This document shows positions 31,331 to 41,315 of a stretch of 64,000 nt of DNA, piece by piece. Origin of the DNA: Histomonas meleagridis 2922-C6/04-290x (Eukaryota > Protista > Parabasalia); the NCBI GenBank assembly GCA_020184695.1, contig JAANOX010000134.1, forward strand, positions 124,001 through 188,000. Reading direction: 5' to 3'. Under the pieces are notes generated by a model. That model made no database searches. It saw only the letters and a program-made list of their open reading frames with translations, and was not told where the DNA came from. Each line of letters begins with the position of its first letter. Position 1 is the stretch's first letter. The translations under genes and the position numbers were made by a program.

Positions 31331-32596
31331 TGTTTTCATTGTTTTTCTTTCCGAAAGTATTTTTCAGTGAAAATTTTGTTTCAAGAAATATTTTTTTGAA
31401 AAATGAAATTATTACAACAAAAAATACTAAAAATTTCTCATAAATTAAACATGCGGAAAGGGAATAATACATAGAGAGTGTGCTCTTGCTGTTGGGTGAA
31501 TATGTTTTGAGATAAGTCGATTGTGAAATTTGAAGATGTGTACAAAATGGAACAAAATTGGCTGGCCTAAATTGAAATGTAGGAAGTCCTGGTAACATTA
31601 AGTTATGAATGAATCTTGTTTTGGAGAAATAAAAATGATTGAATGCTTTATAAGTGTTGATAAAAGAATGAACCAAATTTTTAACAGTATCATAAAAGTG
31701 GATATTCATAAAGCAAGAGCCTCTTTTGTATATGCGTATATTTTTAGTTTCGTCTTTGTGAATTGGCAAAAATGAAAATTGATTAAAAAATTTTTTTATA
31801 ACATTGCTTGGAATGGAAGCATGAAATGAAAGAAGAGGAAGAACTGAGTAGATTGTTAAAGTACAAATCATTTAACTACAAAAAACTATAAAGTCGAAAT
31901 AAATCTTTCAAAAGGTATCTGGAAGCTTCAAATGTGTTGCAGGAAAGAAAATTTGAGATAAAACAGGCTTAGCAGAACTTTGTAGAAAATAAAAGAAAAA
32001 AAGATAAAGATGTTTTGGCTCCAAATGTACAATAACCGTCGTAATTTGACTATACAATGCGCAATTGCATTGGAATTATCTTTACTTAATGAAGAAGATT
32101 CTCTTCGACTTAAAAAAGACGTTTATATTTAATGTAAACATAACAAAAAGATAAGTCGACCGTTAAAAAACCAATAGCATCAATTTTTATTTTACAAGTG
32201 GTTTGAAAACATATATCATCTTTATTTGTTTTTGATAGTCATTTTCATAACCGTGTCTTTAAGCAGATTTACTTATTGAAGAATGTTATTTTGGAGATTT
32301 ACAAAAACAAAAAATAATTTTTACTGAATAGTATTTGCAATACAATTATTTCAATGTTCAATAAATTATTGCAAAGAATCTAACCAGGTAAACTTCAAAT
32401 CAGGAATACTTTACGGTTGATTTTGAGGTAGTATTATGTAAATTATTCAATTTTCTCATCGTTATTTGCGACCGTTATAAAGAGTACGTTAGATTAATGA
32501 GCGAACGTTTGTCACCAAATGACCGTTAATCTGCATGATGAGGAGAAAATAAATATCTTGTTTTTAGGCCTTATTCCACATCGTAATTAAAAATTA

Positions 32597-33403
32597 TTAC
32601 ATATATATTTTTTCTAGCTCTGCTAGTCTTCTTGACATAATTGACACAGCTCTTTCCATCTCACTAAGTCGCTCAGAAACCTCTAAAACGAACTTATTTG
32701 CCGTGACAAGGAATTGTGTTGCAGCTGTTGGGTCAAATGTTTCATCATATATAAGTCGTGGAATTTCAATCTTTTCGCCTTCGATAGGTTTATTAGGAAT
32801 TTTCAAGCGTGATGGTACTGCTTTCTTGGTGAGTTGATATGATTTTTCTTCTTCTTCTTCAATAGTTTCTAAAGGTTCTTCCTCTTCATCTAGATCAGCT
32901 AATTCTTTTTTCATTAATTCTTCTTTCTGTTTTTGACGTTCTTCACGTTTCCGTATTCTCTCTTGTCGAGCTTCCTCTTTTTCTTTTACATAATTTTGGT
33001 ATACTTCCATCATGTGTTCAGATTGAAGATAACTTTGTAACTTTTCGCAGAGATCTGGTTTACGAAGACTGTTAAGATCCGCTGAAGTACAAATCTTGAG
33101 AACTCGGACAATGATTCTAAGTTCATGAACAGAAATTCGATCTGAAAGTATCCCTGGATCGATGATTGCTTGAGGATATAAATTACCATAAAGACGAATT
33201 ATATTCATTTCAATTTGTTCTGGAGTGTGTTGTGATTCAAATCCATTTTTGTTTGCTAATCCAGGTTTTCTAAGTCCTGATTTAGGTGGTGGTGCTCGTT
33301 TAGATGATGAACGCGAAGCGCGTGTACGTTTTCCTTGAGGCTTTGCTTCATTCTTTTTTTCTAATTCTTCATCTTGCTGTTTTTCATCATCCTTATTGTT
33401 CAT
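32597..33403 (-). CDS. Hypothetical nuclear-like protein with basic N-terminus, possible SAP/HeH-like motif and coiled coil
   Basis: ISVHELRIIVRVL...LRKPDLCEKLQ resembles a helix-extension-helix. An E/K/R-rich coiled coil follows. Confidence 0.65.
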   Translation of the reverse strand: MNNKDDEKQQDEELEKKNEAKPQGKRTRASRSSSKRAPPPKSGLRKPGLANKNGFESQHTPEQIEMNIIRLYGNLYPQAIIDPGILSDRISVHELRIIVRVLKICTSADLNSLRKPDLCEKLQSYLQSEHMMEVYQNYVKEKEEARQERIRKREERQKQKEELMKKELADLDEEEEPLETIEEEEEKSYQLTKKAVPSRLKIPNKPIEGEKIEIPRLIYDETFDPTAATQFLVTANKFVLEVSERLSEMERAVSIMSRRLAELEKIYM

Positions 33404-33738
33404 TCCATATGTTCAAACAGAGTTATTCAAATCATGATTTCGAAAAATGAATTCTTCGAAAGAGATATACAATTTATGAAGCAAAAATCAAAATTATATT
33501 GTTTTTTCACATTGCCTTGAAATTATTCATTGAAATGATTCATATGTTTAAAAGATCTTTACTTATTTCGATTTGATTTAAAAACACATTTATCTTGGGG
33601 ATACGCATCATGGAAATATAAAATCTTTCCTAAATTTATCACATTAAAATATTAATTATCACGTTCAATATTCTTCATTAGCACACACACATCACACACG
33701 AAAAATGAATGAGTTCAAAAAGTTTTATTTTTACTTGA

Positions 33739-34518
33739 CTACCAGAAAATTAATTGGTTTATTTCTTCTTCATTCAAATCATCTAGTGAAGCGTGGAACA
33801 CCGAATTCTCGAGCTCACTTTTTACACAAATCAAAGGTTCAATATCAACGTTATAATCCTTAACTGTTTTTGTTTCCTTTTTTGTTCCTTTATAAATATC
33901 CTTTTTTAATTGCAAATAATGATATCTACATTGTACATCACTTCTATTTCCCATTTCTTGAGCAATAGTTGTCCAACCCTTAACACCATTCTTAGCAATT
34001 AATTTCATTAATTTTTCATCATCCTTTTGTGTCCATTGTGTTTTTGATATTCTTGGATCTAATCCTCTATGCCATCTTTGTGAACATTGAACTCTATTTC
34101 TTCCATTTCCAACATACTTAGCAATCAATGACCAATTATCTTGGCCATGTCTATGTATAGCAGCGATTAATCTAAAATCTTCCATTTGGCTCCAAGGCCT
34201 TGTTTTTTTTCTTGAGGAATCACCATCTATGTTGTACATGTCATATAACGTTGGATAAGGTTCATCAGGTATTGATAAAATTGCATCAATTTTTTCTAAT
34301 GTTTTCGTACTTTGAATTGTTGATAATAAAAAATTTGAAATACAATTATAGTTTATCTTTCCGTTAATGAAATCTGAGAAGTATTGTCTAATCCTTGTAC
34401 CTAAATTTACGTTCATATCTTTAAAAGATTCAGAAATTGAAGCCATTGCAATCTCCAACAATGGAGACTTCAAAACTCCCTTCATTAATAAAAATGAACT
34501 GGTTTTGAATTCAAGCAT
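33739..34518 (-). CDS. Myb-like (R2R3) DNA-binding protein
   Basis: WSQMEDFRL...WSLIAKYVGNGRNRVQCSQRW and WTQKDDEKL...WTTIAQEMGNRSDVQCRYHY. Start at ATG 34518. Confidence 0.95.
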   Translation of the reverse strand: MLEFKTSSFLLMKGVLKSPLLEIAMASISESFKDMNVNLGTRIRQYFSDFINGKINYNCISNFLLSTIQSTKTLEKIDAILSIPDEPYPTLYDMYNIDGDSSRKKTRPWSQMEDFRLIAAIHRHGQDNWSLIAKYVGNGRNRVQCSQRWHRGLDPRISKTQWTQKDDEKLMKLIAKNGVKGWTTIAQEMGNRSDVQCRYHYLQLKKDIYKGTKKETKTVKDYNVDIEPLICVKSELENSVFHASLDDLNEEEINQLIFW

Positions 34519-34728
34519 TATTTTATTTAAAAAAAAACGCATTGAAAGTGATCACATTCAATAGAAACAATGAAGTTTTTCAACTCTAATGAATAATGAA
34601 TAACACCAAAAATTGATAATTCAATTCATCACTTTGAGTCATCACAGAATTTATGATTATTTCCGAATCTCGATGAAAACACGCGAAAACATATTTTTTA
34701 AAAATTAATATTAAAACCACATAATTTT

Positions 34729-37700
34729 TTATTCTTGATCAGTCATATCACGGAAATCAGATTCCGTTTGTTCATCTTCGAATTCAGTTGAAGTTTCATC
34801 TTCGTCATCATCATCTTCATCAGCGCCTATATAACTTACGCGTTCTTTATTTCTAGATCTAGTTACGGGCATTTCAAGATCCATGACCATATTTGGACTA
34901 ATTTTATCAACATAATTATCATCATCATCGTCAATAACTTTTTTATTTTTCTTCTTACCAAAATCATTAGTTAATGCCACATTCGTTTGTTGTTGTTGCT
35001 GTTGTTGTTGAATTTGATTTTGTTGTGATTCGCCTTCAAAATTTTTCATTATATATTTACTACATAGACTCGCTCCTGGTAATCTTTGGATTAACATAGT
35101 GACTATAGGATAAGTTAATCCATAATATTCAGGACCAGAAACAGTTACGACTGAAGTATTTAAGTGTTTTAACTTTCGTACTTCTCGAAATATGTTTACC
35201 CATGGAGTCGTAGGCAAAGGACCTTCATAACAAATCGTTGGGTCATCTTTAGCTTCAACTCTAAACAAAGGCTCATTACCTCCATCTAATATCATACAAC
35301 GATACCAAATTCGTTCATTAGCGCTACGTATAGATGAATATAACCTTTCGGCAACATATCCTACTGGATATATATAACGCTCTGTATGATATGCTGGTCG
35401 ATCATAGACAATATTACCAACGGATATGACTTGGAATGAATTACTAATGACTAATGGAAACGTAGGATTAGCTGCTATTTCCAATTCATTTCGATATGAT
35501 GGAATTCGTGGCTTAGGATTTTTACTTACGAATTTATCTTTCGGTCGATCGATGACATCAACAGAATTTTGTATTAGTAAACTTTGGATATAACGCTTCA
35601 AACGTGATTCAGCGCCAAAGTTACCGAATTTTTCGATGATTAAATTACTTTCATTTAAATCTAAAAATCCATTTTTATTAACAAATGAAATTATTTCAAT
35701 TGCTTCTTTAGATAATGCATTATTATTTAATAATGAACGTGCATTAGCAAAAAACTTGATTTGTGATGAAATCAATTTAGATAAATGTAATGATAATGCA
35801 TAAGGTAACTTGGAATATGCAAATTCATTCCCTTCACATGCATCAATTAATGTAAATATGAAATCATTTAAATCTTTTTCATGACGATTTGAATGATAAA
35901 CAGAAATGAATGAATCTAATGAAGGTATTCCAAAACATATTAAATAATTTATAATCGAATGCATTTCATTAGATGTAAATGCTTCGACTGCAGTTTTTAA
36001 ATTAGGATATGTAAATGGAAAATCATTAATTCCATAATCAAAAAGATAATTTTCAAATCTTTTTTTGATTATATTAATCAATAATTTTATTCTTTTGTTA
36101 AGAATTTCTTTTAAATTTTTCCCATTTTCCATTAATAAATTATATTTATGTCCAATTCCATATTTCCATACATGAAACAAAAGATTTTTATCATCATCTA
36201 TAGTCCATGCATCATTTAATGGGGGTAATTCTTCAGGTATATATAATGAAGTAGGAATACATGGACAAGTGCATATTAAATTATTAATAAAATAATTCTT
36301 TTCAAGAATATTTAATATTTTTTTAGCTTTGTTTTCATACTTTAAGAAAATCATTGGATTTATTTCTATTTTTGGTTTTATTTTTCGTCGAGAATATTTT
36401 TCCATAAGTTCAACAATCGGAAACTTATTTGGTACTAAATTTAGAAGATACTGAATAAATTGTTGACATATTTCAGTAAGTTTCATAGTTGTTATAAATA
36501 TTCTTGACTCTAAAATAATTTTTTCCCATCGTTTCCATCCGAATTTTATAAAAGTTTTAATAATTTTTTCAATTTTCTCATCAACATTATCAGTAAGCTC
36601 ATCAATTTCAGTTTTATATTGTTTCATTATATTAATTTCTTCTGTTGAAAATAATTGTCGATCAATATCTTTCGGAAAAAATAAATTATATTCATGCCAA
36701 TTATAATTTCGATATATTTCAGATTCATTAAGATTTTCATTCTGAATTAAACACAAATTCTCTTTGTTAATATCTAAAGATTCCGAATTACGTAAAATAA
36801 ATTCAATGTTTTCATTTATTATTTTGACATTATTATTAAGATTAGAAAAATGTTTATGGTTTTGACCAAAATGTATTAAATTTATAATTTTTTCATCTTT
36901 TGTAATGTTTTGTTGAAATTTTTGATATGATAAATCTTGATAAATATTTTGTGTTTCGAATGTATTTTTAGTTAAAAGTCTATAAACATAAAAAGAATTA
37001 ATTTTTAAACAAGATTTTATTACTTCTAAATCGAAATTAGGATTTAAATTACTATCAAATATTATAATTGTTGAAATATCTAAAAGATGTATATTCTCAT
37101 AAATTGTTTTTGATGATAATAAAAAAACGAAATAAGGAGACAAATTACAATTAAATCTTTGCATTATATTTTTCTTATCATTATCGAAAGTATTTTCATC
37201 GATTTTTAGGAAATAATATTCTTTATCGATTAAATATTCTCGAATTATATCAACAGTTTCATCACTATGTGATAAAATCAAAACCTTTCTCTTTAAATTA
37301 TATAAATAAGTTAATAATTTATCTAAAATCATCATTTTTCCAGATGATTCTATAAATGCCTTAATATAAAATTGTTTTTGATCAATATTATCATCATCTA
37401 ATTCCATTTTCATTTCTAATATAATATCATCTTCACTATAATTAATTAAAAATGGATGATTACAAACATTTTGTAAGTTATTAAAAATCGTTTTAACGTT
37501 TAATATATGTTTTTGAGGTTCTTCGAAAACTAAATTTATATTTTTCTGATAAAATGCTTGATAATAACCAACTTGATAATCAGTAGGTTCACATTGTATT
37601 ATATATTCTTTCAATTCTTGAATGTCTTCATTATGTTTATATTTCTTAGATTCAAGAATCCCATTTAAGTCACAAATTAATTTTTGTTCATTTTGTTCTT

Positions 37701-38865
37701 TTAATATTCCTAAATAAGATTTAAAATCTTGTTCTAAGTTATGATCTATGAATGAAAGAACAGAAATTAACTCATTATAATTATTAGGAAAACTTATTTC
37801 AGAATTTAATATTAATATATTAAAATTCCGTTGATATTCATTAAATATTTTATCAAAGTTTGAAAAATTTATTGGTACATTTTGATAATCAACAATTAAT
37901 GAAAACCATGAAATACTTTGAAGCTTTTGATCATTAATATTATCAAAGTCTGTAAAAAGTATATTAAATTTGGCTAAATTCGAATTAGGATAAAACAATT
38001 CATATTTCTTAATGATTTCTTTAGAGTCATCTGACCCTTGAAAGTATACAAGTTTTAATTCAGGAGCATTGTTTCGAATGATTTCAGTCCAATGTTGAAT
38101 AAAATTAGTAGCGATTAAAATCGGTGATTGAACATGTTGCTCTTCAATAACAAATTTTAAAAATAATATTATCGATATTAAATGACGTTCATTTAATATT
38201 ATATTATTATTCGTAAAATATGATTTAATAATAAAATTAGTACAATCAACGTCAGAAATGTGATATGGCTGACCTTCAATGGGTGACGTAATGGTTTCAA
38301 ATGGAATCCATTCTGATGGTTTATCACAACGTGTTAAAAAAAGTGATTGAAGTGATGGAATTACATTTGACTGAACAAATTGTTTATACTCTGGCAATTT
38401 ATCTAATGATTCAAGTGGTTCCCATGTACATTCATCATAATCTAAATTGCACCATTTAACTAAACATTGAGTTTTCCCGGATTCTTTCTTTGACGCAATG
38501 ATTTTTTGGATTTGTAAATAACTTGGATCAAAATATGGCGGCCCTTGTACTTGCGGTTGATCGTTATGGAATATCTCTAGTAATTCTGAACCTCCATTGT
38601 TTTGTATTTCAATTGAATTAATCCATTGACAATTTTTATATGACCTTCCTTTGTATTTAACAAGATATTCAATGGAACCATTAGGGGTAGTTCTTTGTGC
38701 AATAATCTTTTGGTATTTACAAATATTATTATTATTTTCAATACTTTGATAATTAGGATTTAACGTGGAAATGTTTTGTAAATTATTTATGTTGCCTCCA
38801 GAATTATTTATATCGGAATTGTAAAAAATTATATTTTTATCTGAATCTTCTGTATTTGGTTCCAT
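34729..38865 (-). CDS. CHD-like protein: tandem chromodomains, degenerate SNF2 ATPase/helicase-C, FYRN/FYRC domains
   Basis: Chromodomains EYLVKYKGRSYKNCQW and CLVKWCNLDYDECTWE. LQNVCNHPFLI, ESSGKMMILDKLL and FVFLLS. FYR region YHTERYIYPVGY...SGPEYYGLT. Confidence 0.85.
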   Translation of the reverse strand: MEPNTEDSDKNIIFYNSDINNSGGNINNLQNISTLNPNYQSIENNNNICKYQKIIAQRTTPNGSIEYLVKYKGRSYKNCQWINSIEIQNNGGSELLEIFHNDQPQVQGPPYFDPSYLQIQKIIASKKESGKTQCLVKWCNLDYDECTWEPLESLDKLPEYKQFVQSNVIPSLQSLFLTRCDKPSEWIPFETITSPIEGQPYHISDVDCTNFIIKSYFTNNNIILNERHLISIILFLKFVIEEQHVQSPILIATNFIQHWTEIIRNNAPELKLVYFQGSDDSKEIIKKYELFYPNSNLAKFNILFTDFDNINDQKLQSISWFSLIVDYQNVPINFSNFDKIFNEYQRNFNILILNSEISFPNNYNELISVLSFIDHNLEQDFKSYLGILKEQNEQKLICDLNGILESKKYKHNEDIQELKEYIIQCEPTDYQVGYYQAFYQKNINLVFEEPQKHILNVKTIFNNLQNVCNHPFLINYSEDDIILEMKMELDDDNIDQKQFYIKAFIESSGKMMILDKLLTYLYNLKRKVLILSHSDETVDIIREYLIDKEYYFLKIDENTFDNDKKNIMQRFNCNLSPYFVFLLSSKTIYENIHLLDISTIIIFDSNLNPNFDLEVIKSCLKINSFYVYRLLTKNTFETQNIYQDLSYQKFQQNITKDEKIINLIHFGQNHKHFSNLNNNVKIINENIEFILRNSESLDINKENLCLIQNENLNESEIYRNYNWHEYNLFFPKDIDRQLFSTEEINIMKQYKTEIDELTDNVDEKIEKIIKTFIKFGWKRWEKIILESRIFITTMKLTEICQQFIQYLLNLVPNKFPIVELMEKYSRRKIKPKIEINPMIFLKYENKAKKILNILEKNYFINNLICTCPCIPTSLYIPEELPPLNDAWTIDDDKNLLFHVWKYGIGHKYNLLMENGKNLKEILNKRIKLLINIIKKRFENYLFDYGINDFPFTYPNLKTAVEAFTSNEMHSIINYLICFGIPSLDSFISVYHSNRHEKDLNDFIFTLIDACEGNEFAYSKLPYALSLHLSKLISSQIKFFANARSLLNNNALSKEAIEIISFVNKNGFLDLNESNLIIEKFGNFGAESRLKRYIQSLLIQNSVDVIDRPKDKFVSKNPKPRIPSYRNELEIAANPTFPLVISNSFQVISVGNIVYDRPAYHTERYIYPVGYVAERLYSSIRSANERIWYRCMILDGGNEPLFRVEAKDDPTICYEGPLPTTPWVNIFREVRKLKHLNTSVVTVSGPEYYGLTYPIVTMLIQRLPGASLCSKYIMKNFEGESQQNQIQQQQQQQQTNVALTNDFGKKKNKKVIDDDDDNYVDKISPNMVMDLEMPVTRSRNKERVSYIGADEDDDDEDETSTEFEDEQTESDFRDMTDQE

Positions 38866-38913
38866 TTGAGTATTTTTCCGAACGTTTAGGAAAATTGAAC
38901 GTTAATTTCCAAT
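38866..38913. promoter_or_regulatory. 48-bp bidirectional promoter with two AACGTT palindromes
   Basis: Lies between divergent ATGs 38865 and 38914. AACGTT at 38881-38886 and 38898-38903, the second inside the near-palindrome GGAAAATTGAACGTTAATTTCC. Confidence 0.6.
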
Positions 38914-39243
38914 ATGAGTCAAAATCGTCCTATTTCACGAGATCATCAAAATGAAAAAGCATCTACTCCACGCCCAAAGACAAGAAATTCTAAGGGAAGT
39001 AAATCTCGAAGACTTAGTAAAACCTCAAGTAAATCTCAATCACAAGAAATTGACGTTCCAATCAAAGAAAAGGGAGACTTAGTAAGTGAATATAAAGAAC
39101 TAGCAAAAGAGTATGAAAAAGAATTACAAAAACGCGAAGAACTTAAAAAAGAAAAAGTTCATCTTGAAGAACAAATTTCTCAAGCATATTCCCAACAACT
39201 AACATTGGAAAAAGAAATTTACGATGGGTACTATAAAAAATAA
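38914..39243 (+). CDS. Small protein with basic N-terminus and coiled coil
   Basis: 109-aa ATG-initiated ORF, heptad-rich C-terminal half, stop reads TAAA. Confidence 0.7.
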   Translation: MSQNRPISRDHQNEKASTPRPKTRNSKGSKSRRLSKTSSKSQSQEIDVPIKEKGDLVSEYKELAKEYEKELQKREELKKEKVHLEEQISQAYSQQLTLEKEIYDGYYKK

Positions 39244-39403
39244 ATAATGTCATGTATTTTATTAATAAAATAATTTTAATTTTTACTTTTCAACATATAA
39301 CTTTGATTTAAGAATTGGTTGTTCATGAAATGACGCATAGGTTGTGAAAGTAAATAATAAAAAAGATTTTTGCTGCATACAAATCAAAAGAAGTCCCATT
39401 TTA

Positions 39404-39413
39404 GGGGCACCCC
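39404..39413. promoter_or_regulatory. GGGCACCC motif (copy 2)
   Basis: GGGGCACCCC 12 nt upstream of ATG 39425. Confidence 0.5.
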
Positions 39414-39424
39414 ATTTTGGATTT

Positions 39425-40924
39425 ATGAATTACAAAAGATTATCAAATTTTTCAAACAACAAAAATCAGCGCAAATTTTTAATTGGAAAAAATCTAGATG
39501 ATGAACTTATTTCAATCCCTGACTTAGATCCAGAATATTGTGATCCTGATGATCCATTAATTTTACAAGATGAATATTCCACTACCATCAATAGGATTGC
39601 AGCAATGGTGATTCCACAAAGCGGTGAGACCGTCACTTATGACTTTGCAGACATTGATAGTATTTCTCACTATTTAATAAATATAAATAAATGTTTTAGA
39701 CGTGAGGATTTTAACACAGAACTTATTTACTCAACACAGCAAGTTTTTATTCCATTTTTATCATATATAATTACAAAATTACAATATAAGGTTCAACCTG
39801 ATGATTACACTAAGTTCATAAACATAACATTACATATAATAACATCATTATTTTATCGAGACTTAACTCCAGAAATGTTATTTCTTCTAAATGATTTAAA
39901 TACACTTTTTATTAATTCGTTTTCAAAACCAGACATTCAAGTTGCATGTTTTAATTGTTTTTATAATGCACTTCTTGACCAACGTAGCTGTGATTTTTTT
40001 GTTTCACCAGATATAATTAAAAGCATTATTGAAGTTATCCAAAAAACAAATTCTTATGATGTGAAAATAAACGGTTTCAACTTTCTTGAAACATTTGCAC
40101 AACAATGCACTCGAACTGATTTTGGAGAAAAAGTATCGGGTGAAATTTTATTAAGTCTTTTACAATTAGCAATTAATTCTACATATTCATTGCTTCATGA
40201 ATTCATAGGCGACACTCAAACGCGATTTGATTTCTTAAAATCTGCTGTTTCTTTACTTATCACGTTAACTCGACAAGAAAATCTTTTCATATATTCAATT
40301 CAAAAGTTTGATTTAGAAGGAATAACGAAGGAATTAATGTTAAATTTTAAAAAGTTTAATTTAGGAATTCCAAAGGAAATTCTAATTTCCCATATTTTCG
40401 AATTAGTTGGTAATATTTCTTCTTATTTGGGAAATGAATCCAGGTTAATTAATGATCCGTATTTCTTTGAATGTTTTTCTAATCTGTATTTCGAAGCAGA
40501 TATGAACACAAAGAACACTGCATTACATTGCTTGCATTTCCTAACTAGAAATTTCTCAATTCAAATTTGTGAGCACAGAATATTTGATAACATTTTGAAC
40601 GAAGTCGATACGTATAGTTTTGAAAATTCTAGATTGACTGCTTTATTATATTTAAACATGTTATCAAATGTTTCGATACAAACGCGTAAAGAAATAACAA
40701 ATGATATGGCATTAAATTTGATTGTAAGAATTTTGGAAAATGAAGATGAAGATGATATTAGGATAACTTCAGAAACACTTTTAATGTTGATAAGAGATGA
40801 TGAAGAATTTTGGCTTCCTTTGTGCCAAAATCTCTTTGGTGAGTTTTACCAAAACTTCGTCTCAAACGAAATATGTTGCGAACCAATAACACAAGAATTA
40901 TATAATTGTTTATTTAGTGAATAA
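39425..40924 (+). CDS. ARM/HEAT-like alpha-solenoid hypothetical protein
   Basis: Helical repeats such as HIFELVGNIS and KNTALHCLHFLT. Start moved to ATG 39425. Confidence 0.65.
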   Translation: MNYKRLSNFSNNKNQRKFLIGKNLDDELISIPDLDPEYCDPDDPLILQDEYSTTINRIAAMVIPQSGETVTYDFADIDSISHYLININKCFRREDFNTELIYSTQQVFIPFLSYIITKLQYKVQPDDYTKFINITLHIITSLFYRDLTPEMLFLLNDLNTLFINSFSKPDIQVACFNCFYNALLDQRSCDFFVSPDIIKSIIEVIQKTNSYDVKINGFNFLETFAQQCTRTDFGEKVSGEILLSLLQLAINSTYSLLHEFIGDTQTRFDFLKSAVSLLITLTRQENLFIYSIQKFDLEGITKELMLNFKKFNLGIPKEILISHIFELVGNISSYLGNESRLINDPYFFECFSNLYFEADMNTKNTALHCLHFLTRNFSIQICEHRIFDNILNEVDTYSFENSRLTALLYLNMLSNVSIQTRKEITNDMALNLIVRILENEDEDDIRITSETLLMLIRDDEEFWLPLCQNLFGEFYQNFVSNEICCEPITQELYNCLFSE

Positions 40925-41315
40925 ATTTTTTGTGTATATAAAACATTTTATCACAAATAATTGAATTAAAGTATTATTACAATAATGTCATTGTAATAAA
41001 TATGATATTTTCATCAATTTGTGCTCAAATAAATTTTTTTGAAAATGCTCATAATATCAATAACTTATATTAAATAGGAAAAATGATAATTATCATTAAA
41101 CAGATCAATTTATATTAATTTTAATGAAAATTAAAAATATTTTTTCAAGTCAATGAATATTTCTATTTGCTTTTAATGATCAAACTTACTAAACGTTCAA
41201 ATCAAACAGACCGTTAAAATTTTAATGAAAAGAATTATGCCTGATTTTTTTCTTTCAATTTTGTTTGATTTTGAATGAAAATAAAAATTTCTTTCTTGGA
41301 GCTCTGGTCGTGCAA

